A DNA stretch of 64,000 bases from Acidobacteriota bacterium (GTDB lineage Bacteria; Acidobacteriota; Thermoanaerobaculia; Multivoradales; JAGPDF01): positions 69,397-133,396 of the forward strand of contig JBDTNL010000001.1 in the NCBI GenBank assembly GCA_039933785.1, read 5' to 3'. Below, one piece after another: positions 8,909 through 17,616 of this stretch; the stretch's first letter is position 1, and every line of letters begins with the position of its first letter. The position numbers were made by a program, and so were the translations under genes. The notes under the pieces are model-generated. The model saw only the letters and a list, made by a program, of their open reading frames with translations. It was not told the DNA's origin and did no database searches.

Positions 8909-10837
8909 ATGGCCTCTGAAATCCACCTTACGCTGCCCGATGGCGCCGTGCGCACACTGCCCGCGGGCTCGACCGCGCTCGACGTGGCGCGGTCGATCGG
9001 CCCCCGGCTCGCCAAGGATTCGGTGGGCGCCGAGCTCGATGGAAAGAGGATCGATTTGCGCTTGCCGTTGCAGAAGGACGGCGCCTTTCGCATTCTCACG
9101 GTGAAGAGCCCGGAGGCGGGCGAGTTCATTCGTCACACCGCCGAGCACGTACTGGCCGACGCGGTTCGCCGGCTCTGGCCCGAGGCTGAGTACGACGCCG
9201 GCCGGGTGGACCACGCGGAGAAGTTCCAGTACGACTTCCGCTTTGCGCGCGCCTTTACGCCCGAGGATCTCTTGGCCATCGAGGCGAAGATGCGCGAAAT
9301 CCTGGCCGAGGACCTGGCGGTCGAGCGCATCGAAGTGTCGCGCGCCGAGGCGGAGAAGATCTTTCGCGACCTCGGCTTCACCCTGAAACTCGAGCGCCTG
9401 CGCGACATTCCCGAAGGCGAGACCATCACGTTGTTCCGCCACGGCAACTTCGTCGATCTCTGCCGCGGACCGCACGTGCAGCGACTGTCGCAGATCGGGG
9501 CGGTGAAACTGCTGGAGTCGTCCGGGGTGTACTTTCGCGGTGACGAGAAAAACGAGCGCCTCCAGCGCGTGTACGGCACCGCCTTCGCCAGTGCGAAGGA
9601 CCTCGCCGAATACGAGCAGCAGAGCGAGCAGGCGCGGGCCCGCGATCACCGGCGGCTAGGCCCCGAGCTCGACCTCTTCAGCTTTTCGCCGCTCGCGCCG
9701 GCGAGTCCGTTCTTCCACCCCAAGGGCGCCTTCGTCTACAACGCGTTGATCGACTACGTGCGCGAGCTGTACAGCCGCTATGGCTATGGCGAGGTGGTCA
9801 CGCCGCAGATTCTCGACGTCGAACTCTGGCATACCTCCGGGCACTACCAGAACTACCGCGACGCCATGTTCTTCACCGAGGTGGACGAGCGTCAGTACGC
9901 GGTGAAGCCGATGAACTGCCCGACCCACTGCCTGATCTACAAGACGCGCAAGCGGTCGTACCGCGATCTGCCGATCCGCTACGCCGACTTCGGACGTTTG
10001 CACCGCTACGAGAAGAGCGGCGTCACCTCGGGGCTCACAAGGGTGCGTTCGTTCGCCCAGGACGACGCCCACATCTTCTGCACCGAGGAACAAATCGAGA
10101 GCGAAGTGCTGGCCGTGGTCGACATGATCATCGAGCTCTACGCGACGTTCGGCTTCTCCGACGTCTCGATCGGCGTCGGGACTCGACCCGAGAAGCGCAT
10201 CGGCTCGGACGAGTTCTGGGACCGCGCCGAGGGTGCGTTGTTCTCGGCTCTGGCCAAGCGAAGCGTGACGTACGAAGTGAACGCCGGCGACGGCGGCTTC
10301 TACGCGCCGAAGATCGACTTCCGGATCAAGGACGCGATCGGCCGCTACTGGCAGCTTGGCACGGTGCAGCTCGACTATCAGCTGCCGCAGCGCTTCGAGC
10401 TCGCCTACGTCGGGTCGGACGGCGCCGAGCACCTGCCGGTGATGATTCACCGGGCCATGCTGGGTTCGCTCGAGCGGTTCCTGGGCATCTTGATCGAGCA
10501 CACGGCCGGAGCGTTTCCTCTCTGGCTGGCGCCGACCCAAGCCGTCGTCTTACCCCTGGCGGACAAGTTCCACGAGTACGGCGAACGAGTCCGGGCGGAG
10601 CTCGCCGCTGGCGGGGTCCGGGTGGAGCTCGATCTGCGCAACGAGAGCCTGAACTACAAGATCCGCGAGGCCCAGCTGCAGAAGGTGCCCTACATGCTGG
10701 TTTTGGGCGGCCGCGAGCAGGATGCGGGGACGGTAGCGGTCCGCCGCCGAGCCGGTGAAGATCTCGGCACCATGCCGGTTCAGCAGTTGCTCAACCGGAT
10801 CCAGGAGCGGGTGGCCTCGCGCTCGAACGAGGTCTGA
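8909..10837 (+). CDS. thrS: Threonine--tRNA ligase
   Basis: 642 aa. TGS-like N-terminus (MASEIHLTLPDGAVRTLPAGSTALDVA), editing and class II core motifs (…MNCPTHCLIYK…FGRLHRYEKSGVTSGLTRVRSFAQDDAHIF…), C-terminal anticodon-binding domain. Conserved position upstream of infC. Confidence 0.9.
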   Translation: MASEIHLTLPDGAVRTLPAGSTALDVARSIGPRLAKDSVGAELDGKRIDLRLPLQKDGAFRILTVKSPEAGEFIRHTAEHVLADAVRRLWPEAEYDAGRVDHAEKFQYDFRFARAFTPEDLLAIEAKMREILAEDLAVERIEVSRAEAEKIFRDLGFTLKLERLRDIPEGETITLFRHGNFVDLCRGPHVQRLSQIGAVKLLESSGVYFRGDEKNERLQRVYGTAFASAKDLAEYEQQSEQARARDHRRLGPELDLFSFSPLAPASPFFHPKGAFVYNALIDYVRELYSRYGYGEVVTPQILDVELWHTSGHYQNYRDAMFFTEVDERQYAVKPMNCPTHCLIYKTRKRSYRDLPIRYADFGRLHRYEKSGVTSGLTRVRSFAQDDAHIFCTEEQIESEVLAVVDMIIELYATFGFSDVSIGVGTRPEKRIGSDEFWDRAEGALFSALAKRSVTYEVNAGDGGFYAPKIDFRIKDAIGRYWQLGTVQLDYQLPQRFELAYVGSDGAEHLPVMIHRAMLGSLERFLGILIEHTAGAFPLWLAPTQAVVLPLADKFHEYGERVRAELAAGGVRVELDLRNESLNYKIREAQLQKVPYMLVLGGREQDAGTVAVRRRAGEDLGTMPVQQLLNRIQERVASRSNEV

Positions 10838-10901
10838 GTTTCGCAATTCATGAGCCTTTGCCTATAATCGGGACTTCTGCGCCTTAGGGGGTGGGCTGAG
10901 T

Positions 10902-11507
10902 ATCGACAAGACAACACGCATCAACGAAGGCATTCGTACCCGTGAAGTGCGCCTGATCGGCGCTCTCGGCGAGCAAATCGGAGTGGTTCTTACCGACGAA
11001 GCGCTGCGCATGGCGCGCGAGCAGATCCTCGACCTCGTCGAGGTTGCGCCGACCGCGAAGCCGCCAGTCTGCCGCATCATGGACTTCGGCAAGTTCCTCT
11101 ACCAGCAGAAGAAGAAGGCCCAGGAGTCGCGCAAGAAGCAGAAGGTGTTCGTGGTCAAGGAAGTGAAATTCCGACCCAACATCGACGACCACGACTACGA
11201 CTTCAAGCTGCGCAACGCGCTGCGCTTCCTGGAAGAAGGCGACAAAGTGAAGGCGACGGTCCAATTTCGCGGTCGCGAGATGGCCCGGACCGACCTGGGG
11301 TACAATCTGCTCAACCGCGTCGCCAAGGATGTCGGCGAGGCCGGTATCGTCGAGTCGACCCCCGAGATGGCCGGCAACCGCATGCATTTGATCTTGGCGC
11401 CTGGCGCCAGGCCAAAACCGCGGAAGGTCACCAAGGTCGAAACGAAGCCCGAGAGCGGTGCGACTCAGCAGGCGAGTTCAGCGAGTTCAGCGAGTTCAGA
11501 GACTTAG
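10902..11507 (+). CDS. infC: Translation initiation factor IF-3; probable non-AUG (ATC/ATT-class) start, exact start uncertain (10893-10947)
   Basis: …[67 protein letters not shown] matches the IF3 N-terminus (E. coli RINGEIRAQEVRLTG…[19 protein letters not shown]). No in-frame ATG lies upstream of this motif after the stop at 10851. GGGGGTG SD-like sequence at 10887-10893 precedes ATC 10902. Confidence 0.8.
   Translation: MDKTTRINEGIRTREVRLIGALGEQIGVVLTDEALRMAREQILDLVEVAPTAKPPVCRIMDFGKFLYQQKKKAQESRKKQKVFVVKEVKFRPNIDDHDYDFKLRNALRFLEEGDKVKATVQFRGREMARTDLGYNLLNRVAKDVGEAGIVESTPEMAGNRMHLILAPGARPKPRKVTKVETKPESGATQQASSASSASSET
11472..11498 (+). repeat. Perfect 9-bp tandem repeat (gcgagttca x3) inside the 3' end of infC, encoding SSASSASS in a C-terminal tail
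   Basis: ggcgagttca gcgagttcag cgagttcaga read directly. In frame it encodes a Ser/Ala tail beyond the conserved IF3 C-domain. Confidence 0.8.
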
Positions 11508-11517
11508 GAGAATTTTC

Positions 11518-11712
11518 GTGCCCAAGCAGAAGACTCACAAAGGCGCGGCCAAGCGGTTCAAGATCACCGGAACCGGTAAGGTCCGCCGCCACCAGTCGAT
11601 GAAAAGCCACATCTTGACTAAGAAGACGTCAGCCAGAAAGCGGCATCTCCGCAAGTCGGTCGAGGCGCCTCCGGCAGCCTCGCGCATGATCAAGGAAATG
11701 CTGCACAACTAG
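11518..11712 (+). CDS. rpmI: 50S ribosomal protein L35 (GTG start)
   Basis: aggag-N7-GTG. Product [46 protein letters not shown] is typical of L35. Sits in the canonical infC-rpmI-rplT order. Confidence 0.85.
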   Translation: MPKQKTHKGAAKRFKITGTGKVRRHQSMKSHILTKKTSARKRHLRKSVEAPPAASRMIKEMLHN

Positions 11713-11856
11713 TTCCCCCTGGATCGCGCGCGGAACGGACCTGTCCGCCGCCGATCCCGGCCCCCGGTTCAGTCGAAGACACGTCGCGCTAGGCGCTCCG
11801 TGCACCGCTGCGGGCCCTGACCGCTCCCCGATGGTGGAGCAGAAACGAGGTTCACG

Positions 11857-12294
11857 ATGGCTCGTGTCAAACGCGGCCCCAAGCGGGCTGCCAAACGTAA
11901 GAAGATCCTCAAGCTTTCGAGCGGCTTTTTCGGCACCAAGGGCAATGCGCATCGCATGGCCAAACAGGCCGTCGACAAGGCGCTTGGCTATGCCTACGTC
12001 GATCGCCGCAAGAAGAAGCGCGACTTCCGGCGCCTGTGGATCCTGCGCATCAACGCCGCTGCGCGCCTCCACGGCATGTCCTACAACCGTCTGATTGCCG
12101 GCCTCAAGGCCGCGGGCAGCGCGCTCGATCGGAAGATGCTGGCCGATCTCGCCGTGCGCGACCCGAAGGGCTTCGGCGAGGTCGCAGCCGCCGCCGCGAA
12201 GGCAATCGAAGGCACGCCGGCAGCGCCGGCCAGGACGAAGGCCAAGCCAGCCAAGACGTCGAAGCCGGCCAAGACGGCCAGAGCAGCCTCCTGA
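11857..12294 (+). CDS. rplT: 50S ribosomal protein L20 with ~30-aa Ala/Lys/Pro-rich C-terminal extension
   Basis: [87 protein letters not shown] is canonical L20. It is followed by …[36 protein letters not shown] (histone-H1-like tail). Confidence 0.85.
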   Translation: MARVKRGPKRAAKRKKILKLSSGFFGTKGNAHRMAKQAVDKALGYAYVDRRKKKRDFRRLWILRINAAARLHGMSYNRLIAGLKAAGSALDRKMLADLAVRDPKGFGEVAAAAAKAIEGTPAAPARTKAKPAKTSKPAKTARAAS

Positions 12295-12320
12295 GCCGGA
12301 GCTTTTCCCGGCGGTAGGGC

Positions 12321-13373
12321 ATGTCCGACGCACCGAGTCCCGCGTCCCCGGTTTCTCTAGCGGCGGTCGACGAAATTCGTCGCCGCTTCGAGGATCGGGG
12401 TCCTTTCTCCTCGCGCGAGGAGTGGGAGCGGGTGCGCGTCGAATTGCTCGGCCGCAAGGGTGGCACCATTCGCTCTCTGCTCGAGTCGATCGGCCAGGTT
12501 CCGGCTGCGGAGCGCAAGTCCTTCGGGCAAAGAGTGAATGAGCTCAAGGCGCTCGTCGAGCGGCGGCTCGCCGAGGCCGACGAGCAGCTCCGCGCCGCCG
12601 AGCGTTCGGCGCTCGAGCGCCAGAGCTCGGTCGACGTCACGCTGCCTGGCCGGTCGCCTCAACTCGGGAGTCTGCACCCCGTCACCTTGGCGATGCGCGA
12701 GATCGAGCAGATATTCGCCGAGCTCGGCTATTCGGTGGCCGAAGGGCCCGAGGCGGAAGATGACCAGCACAACTTCGCGCTGCTGAATTTTCCGACCGAC
12801 CATCCGGCGCGCGATACCCAGGACACCTTCTTCCTCGAAGACGGGCGTCTCCTGCGCACGCACACCTCGCCGGTGCAGATCCGCACCATGCTGTCGCGCC
12901 AGCCGCCGATCCGGATCATCTGCCCGGGCCGGGTGTACCGCCACGACAACGACCTGCGGCACTCGCCGATGTTCCACCAGATCGAGGGCCTGTGCGTGGC
13001 CGAGGGGATCTCGTTCGCCGATCTCAAGGGCACGCTCGACGCTTTCCTGAAGCGTTTGTTCAGTGGTGACACGCAAGTGCGCTTGCGGCCGAGCTTCTTC
13101 CCGTTCACCGAGCCCTCGGCCGAGGTCGATGTCACCTGTCAGATCTGCAAGGGCAAGGGCTGTCCGACGTGCTCGGGCAGCGGCTGGATGGAAATTCTTG
13201 GGTCCGGGATGGTCGATCCCCGCGTGCTGCGCAACTGCGGCATCGACCCGCGGCGCTACAGTGGCTTCGCCTTCGGCATGGGGGTCGATCGCATCGCCAT
13301 GAACCGCTACGGGATCGCCAACATCCGCCTGTTGTTCGAGAACGACGAACGCCTGCTGCGGCAGGTGCGGTGA
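12321..13373 (+). CDS. pheS: Phenylalanine--tRNA ligase alpha subunit
   Basis: 350 aa. …FPTDHPARDTQDTFF…TSPVQIRTM…GRVYRHDNDLRHSPMFHQIEGL…FFPFTEPSAEVDV…GMGVDRIAM are class II PheS motifs. Confidence 0.9.
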   Translation: MSDAPSPASPVSLAAVDEIRRRFEDRGPFSSREEWERVRVELLGRKGGTIRSLLESIGQVPAAERKSFGQRVNELKALVERRLAEADEQLRAAERSALERQSSVDVTLPGRSPQLGSLHPVTLAMREIEQIFAELGYSVAEGPEAEDDQHNFALLNFPTDHPARDTQDTFFLEDGRLLRTHTSPVQIRTMLSRQPPIRIICPGRVYRHDNDLRHSPMFHQIEGLCVAEGISFADLKGTLDAFLKRLFSGDTQVRLRPSFFPFTEPSAEVDVTCQICKGKGCPTCSGSGWMEILGSGMVDPRVLRNCGIDPRRYSGFAFGMGVDRIAMNRYGIANIRLLFENDERLLRQVR

Positions 13374-13383
13374 GAGGCTGAGC

Positions 13384-15522
13384 ATGCTGTTCTCGGTGGC
13401 ATGGCTGGCGGACTTCGTCGATCTCAGTGAGTTCTGGTCGGGGACGCTGCGCCCGGAGGACCGGGCTGGAATCGCCCGCCTGGGGGACCGGCTGACGGCG
13501 CTGGGCCTGGCGGTCGAGGGCACACCCACTCACGAAGTGCAGGGCGCGGAGCCATTGCCGCTCCTGGATGTCGAAGTCACCACCAACCGGCCGGACGCCA
13601 TGTGTCACTTCGGCCTGGCGCGCGAGTTGGCGGTGGCTCTTGGCCAGTCGTTGCGCGCGCCGCGCGCCGCGCTGCGCGAGAGCTCGGAACGCGCCTCGGC
13701 GCACGTGCGCGTCGAGCTTGCCGATCCGGCGGCATGCCCGCGCTACGCCACGCGAATCATTCGCGGTGTGAAAATCGGCCCCAGCCCGGATTGGCTGCAG
13801 GAACGCCTGCGTTCGATTGGACTGCGGCCGATCAACAATGTCGTCGACATCACCAACTACGTCCTCTGGGAGGCCGGCCAGCCCCTGCACGCCTTCGACC
13901 TGGCGAAGATCGCCGGTCCGGCCGGAGCACCGAAGCTGATCCAGGTGCGGCGAGCCCGCACCGGTGAGGCACTGCGTACACTCGACGGCGAAGTGCGCAA
14001 GCTCGATCCCAAGATACTGGTGATCGCCGATGCGGCCCGCGCCATCGCCCTCGGCGGCATCATGGGTGGCGCCGATACCGAAGTCACCGCGACCACCGTA
14101 GACGTGCTGCTCGAGAGCGCACACTTCGATCGCCGCACGGTGCGCGTGGGCGCGAAGGCGCTCGGCATGCACACCGACGCCAGTCACCGTTTCGAGCGCG
14201 GCACCGACCCCGAGGGCTGCGCTTTTGCGGCCCGGCGGGCAGCGGCGCTGATCGCGGAGATCGCGGGCGGAGACGTGCTCGGCGACCCGGTCGAGGCGGT
14301 GTCGCCCGAGCATCTGGTGGCAGCTGCCAGTGGCATCCTGGATTTCCACCGTCTGAACCGATTCGTGGGCGTCGCCATTCCGAGTGACGAGGTGCGCCGT
14401 ATCCTCACCGGCCTCGGATTCCGGATCGAAGCGATGGGCGACGAGGCCCTGCGCGTCAGCGTGCCGTCCTGGCGTCAGTATGACTTCGAGGTGCGCCAAG
14501 TCGAGCTTCGCGACGATGGCGCCGGTGCGGTCGAGGAGCAGGAGCTCTTCGAGGAAGTGCTCAGACACTACGGTTTCGATCGCGTCACGGCCACGCTACC
14601 GACGCTCTCGGGGCGAGATGCGGGCAGCAATTCGCTCCATGCACTGCGCCACCGAGTGCGCGACCACCTGCGGGCCTGCGGCCTGGCCGAGGTGATCAAC
14701 TTTGCATTTTCGAGCAACGAAGCCGAGGCGCGGTACCCAGCGCTCTCGCGATCGGACGCGCCGCTTCGCTTGGTGAATCCCATTGCCGAGAGTCATGCGG
14801 TTCTGCGCCGCTCAATGCTCCCCAATCTCGTCGAAAGCGCCGAGTTCAACTGGCGCCGTGGGGCCCGCTCGGTGCGGCAATTCGAGGCCGGGCATGTGTT
14901 CCCGGGTGGCAACGCCGCAGAAATCGACGCCGTCGGGATCCTTTTCGGCGGTGTCCTAGGCACGCCGTGGGAACGCCAGCACGAGCTCGATCTCTTCGAC
15001 CTGAAGGGCGTCCTCGAGAGCTTGGCCGCCGACTGTGGCACGACACTCGAGGCTCGGCCAGTAACGCTCCCGGGTTTCTCGGCCGGGAGCTCCGCGGAGC
15101 TGGTGAACGTGCAGAGCGGAAGGATTGTTGGCTACTTCGGCCGGCTCGAAACGAGCGACGCACCCTTCCCACTGTTCGCCGCCGAGCTGCGCCTCGAGAC
15201 TCTTGCCATGGGCGGCGGGCCCGTGCAGGTCGAGGTGCCGTCCCGCTATCCGGGTATCGCGGCCGACTTGACGCTTAGCCACCCGGTGGAAATCGGCTGG
15301 CAGGCGATCACCGCCGCGATCGTCGAGCGCCACATCGAAGATCTGCGTTCGGTGAGCCTGAAGGATCGCTACCAGGGCAAAGGTGTCCCGGAGGGCGCGG
15401 TCAACACGACGATCTCCTTCTTCTACATGGCCGAAGATCGTTCCCTCACCCAGGAAGAAGTCAACGACCGCCACCTCGCGCTCGCGGCCGATTTGCGGGC
15501 GCGCTTCGGCTGGAAAACCTGA
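13384..15522 (+). CDS. pheT: Phenylalanine--tRNA ligase beta subunit, short form (712 aa) apparently lacking the N-terminal EMAP-type tRNA-binding domain
   Basis: MLFSVAWLADFVDL… (B1 N-terminus) runs directly into …LLDVEVTTNRPDAMCHFGLARELAVAL (B3/B4). Start lies 11 nt after the pheS stop. Confidence 0.85.
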   Translation: MLFSVAWLADFVDLSEFWSGTLRPEDRAGIARLGDRLTALGLAVEGTPTHEVQGAEPLPLLDVEVTTNRPDAMCHFGLARELAVALGQSLRAPRAALRESSERASAHVRVELADPAACPRYATRIIRGVKIGPSPDWLQERLRSIGLRPINNVVDITNYVLWEAGQPLHAFDLAKIAGPAGAPKLIQVRRARTGEALRTLDGEVRKLDPKILVIADAARAIALGGIMGGADTEVTATTVDVLLESAHFDRRTVRVGAKALGMHTDASHRFERGTDPEGCAFAARRAAALIAEIAGGDVLGDPVEAVSPEHLVAAASGILDFHRLNRFVGVAIPSDEVRRILTGLGFRIEAMGDEALRVSVPSWRQYDFEVRQVELRDDGAGAVEEQELFEEVLRHYGFDRVTATLPTLSGRDAGSNSLHALRHRVRDHLRACGLAEVINFAFSSNEAEARYPALSRSDAPLRLVNPIAESHAVLRRSMLPNLVESAEFNWRRGARSVRQFEAGHVFPGGNAAEIDAVGILFGGVLGTPWERQHELDLFDLKGVLESLAADCGTTLEARPVTLPGFSAGSSAELVNVQSGRIVGYFGRLETSDAPFPLFAAELRLETLAMGGGPVQVEVPSRYPGIAADLTLSHPVEIGWQAITAAIVERHIEDLRSVSLKDRYQGKGVPEGAVNTTISFFYMAEDRSLTQEEVNDRHLALAADLRARFGWKT

Positions 15523-15544
15523 AAGCGGAGTTAGGATTCAACGC

Positions 15545-15823
15545 ATGGCGATCGATTGGATGGAAACCCTCGAAGAGCGAGTCCGCGAGGCCGCGAAGGA
15601 GATTCGCCGCCTGCGTAGTGAGAACACTGACCTGCAGAAGCGCGTCGCTGCCCTCACCACGGAGCTCGAAGGGGCCCACAGTGACGCGCGCAAGCCGCGC
15701 CATGCTCCGTCCGAAGTCGATGCCGCCTGGGAGAAGGAGCGCGAGGAGGTCCGCGGCCGCGTCGAGCGACTGGTGAAGCAACTCGAGGGCCTGATCCAAG
15801 AGGCCGGCAGTAGCGAGAGCTAG
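15545..15823 (+). CDS. Small coiled-coil protein, ZapB-like (possible cell-division factor), 92 aa
   Basis: MAIDWMETLEERVREAAKEIRRLRSENTDLQKRVAALTTELEGAHSDARK… is predicted fully helical/coiled-coil. RBS GGAG upstream; located just after pheT. Functional call is by analogy only. Confidence 0.4.
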   Translation: MAIDWMETLEERVREAAKEIRRLRSENTDLQKRVAALTTELEGAHSDARKPRHAPSEVDAAWEKEREEVRGRVERLVKQLEGLIQEAGSSES

Positions 15824-15829
15824 AGCCGA

Positions 15830-16867
15830 CTAGGCACCCCGCGCGACCGATTCGAGGTCGCGCACGAAATCCGCCACGTCCTCGGCGGATGTATCCCAGG
15901 AACAGACGGCGCGAAAGCCGCCCCACTCGCTCTCGAAGTACAGTGGCCAGCCGCGGGTTTCCAACTCGCCGGCCTGAGCGGACGTGAGCGACATGAAGAC
16001 CTCGTTGGCCTCGCAGGGATGCACCGGCCCGAGCCCGAGCCGCGCCACGCCAGCTGCCAAGCTTGCGGCGTGCTCGTTGGCACGCGTCGCGTAACGAAGC
16101 CAAGCCTCCGACTCGAGCATGCCCACCCACGGTGCGGCGATGAAGCGTTGCTTGCTCGCCAGCTGTCCCGTTTGCTTGCGCCGGAAGGCAAAGTCCTCGG
16201 CCGCCGCGGGATCGAAGAACACCAGTGCTTCCGAACCCATCATGCCGTTCTTCGTGCCGCCGAGGACGAGGGTATGCGCCCCCGCGGCCTGCGCGATCTC
16301 CGCTGGCGTCGCACCGAGACTGGCGCAAGCGTTGGCGAGTCGAGCGCCATCGAGGTGGAGCTTGAGACGATGTTGCCGGGCAACTCCCCGCAAGGCCTCG
16401 AGCTCGGATAGCGAATACACCGTGCCGAGTTCCGTGCACTGGGACAGGCTGAGCGCCGAGGGCTTGCCGACGTGGACGTCGTTCAAGGTGGCCCAACCCG
16501 CGATTCCGGTCGGATCCAGCTTGCCCAATCGGGTCGCGAGCACCTGGAGCTGCAGGCCGTGCCCGAAGAAGCCGGGAGCGCCGCATTCGTCGGTGAGGAC
16601 ATGCGCGTTCGGTGTCACGCCGACGATCCCGTGCGGCGGACAGAGCGCCGCGAGCGCGAGTGCGTTCGCCGCCGTGCCGGTGAAAAGAAAAAACACCGCG
16701 CAGTCGGCAGCGCCTACCGCCTCGCGCACCAATTCGGTGGCGCGCGCCGTCCAGCGATCCTCGCCATACGCTGGCGCGTGATCTCGATTGGCCTCCTCGA
16801 GAGTGGCCCAAGCCTCGGGACAGACTCCGGATGTGTTGTCGCTGCGAAAGCCTCTTTGGCGAGCCAT
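15830..16867 (-). CDS. ltaE: Low-specificity L-threonine aldolase (PLP-dependent, beta-eliminating lyase fold)
   Basis: MARQRGFRSDNTSGVCPEAWATLEEANRDHAPAYGEDRWTARATELVREAVGAADCAVFFLFTGTAANALAL… and …LVLGGTKNGMMGSEALVFF match the threonine aldolase family. The internal ATG at 16867 fits homolog N-termini (FRSDN). The track's upstream extension was rejected. Confidence 0.7.
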   Translation of the reverse strand: MARQRGFRSDNTSGVCPEAWATLEEANRDHAPAYGEDRWTARATELVREAVGAADCAVFFLFTGTAANALALAALCPPHGIVGVTPNAHVLTDECGAPGFFGHGLQLQVLATRLGKLDPTGIAGWATLNDVHVGKPSALSLSQCTELGTVYSLSELEALRGVARQHRLKLHLDGARLANACASLGATPAEIAQAAGAHTLVLGGTKNGMMGSEALVFFDPAAAEDFAFRRKQTGQLASKQRFIAAPWVGMLESEAWLRYATRANEHAASLAAGVARLGLGPVHPCEANEVFMSLTSAQAGELETRGWPLYFESEWGGFRAVCSWDTSAEDVADFVRDLESVARGA

Positions 16868-17015
16868 GGAGAGGCAGGATAGCAAGCCGTCGCTCCCCGA
16901 AACGCCGCCAAAACGGGCCTCGAGAGGTTGCCGCCGGCGCGCCCGGTGGGCTAGACTGCCTTCACCTAATCCGTTGGTAGCAGGAAACTTGCCGCCAGCG
17001 GACTCGGTCTCGAAC

Positions 17016-17339
17016 ATGGCGACTAAAAGCATCGATATCGAGATATTTGGCAGCACGTACCATGTTCGTGCCGAGCAGGATCGCGAGTACCTTCAGGAGC
17101 TCGCCGCTTCGGTCGACCGCAAGATGCGGGAGATCGCCGGCTCGGGGTCGAAGGTCGATCCCGGCCGGGTGGCAGTCCTGGCGGCGCTCAACCTAGCGGA
17201 TGAACTGTTCCGACAGCAGCGGCTGCGGGAAGGGGAACGGGTCAACATAGAGGAGACGGCGGCGCGTTTGGCCGAGGCGCTCGCAAGTGCGCTCGGCAGT
17301 GCCGCAGAAGGCTCTTTCAGGGTCAATGAGGGTCAGTGA
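17016..17339 (+). CDS. zapA: Cell division protein ZapA (108 aa)
   Basis: MATKSIDIEIFGSTYHVRAEQDREYLQELAASVDRKMREIAGSGSKVDPGRVAVLAALNLADELF… is the canonical ZapA pattern (IxIxGxxYxl…, coiled-coil C-terminus). Internal ATG at 17016 within track ORF 16788. Confidence 0.75.
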   Translation: MATKSIDIEIFGSTYHVRAEQDREYLQELAASVDRKMREIAGSGSKVDPGRVAVLAALNLADELFRQQRLREGERVNIEETAARLAEALASALGSAAEGSFRVNEGQ

Positions 17340-17343
17340 GTGT

Positions 17344-17536
17344 GCACCCCCTGGGTGGAACGTGATGAGTCCAGTCACTGAGGAACCTACACTTGTTTTC
17401 AGGGAGCTCAAGTCTCGTGGCGCCCGTGCATGCCCCGCTCGTACGGGGAAGCTAACGGCTCACGGCAAGGGCACCCACCTAATGCGTTGCAGGTTCTGAA
17501 CGCGACAGGGCTCGCACGAACCACCACAGGGGGTGC
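17344..17536 (+). ncRNA. Candidate structured ncRNA (~193 nt) between zapA and rny; 6S RNA (SsrS)-like closing-stem architecture
   Basis: 5' gcaccccctgggtgg (17344-17358) pairs with 3' ccaccacagggggtgc (17521-17536) as 10 bp + 1-nt bulge + 5 bp. The helix extends imperfectly inward (cgtg/cacg, agtcc/gggct). An internal hairpin ccccg-ctcgta-cgggg is present. No ORF with coding character. Lies immediately 3' of zapA, as ssrS does in E. coli. Confidence 0.4.
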
Positions 17537-17616
17537 CTTTTCGCTCCCTCTGTCCTTGAAGGAACGTCTCACCGACCCGCCCCTCCTCATCCGCCTGCTT
17601 GGCAGCGGGAGGAGTC

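Noticed and set aside
12357-14568. Minus-strand ORFs 12357..13529 and 13132..14568 antisense to pheS/pheT
   Set aside because: pheS/pheT are unambiguous. The antisense products are low-complexity.
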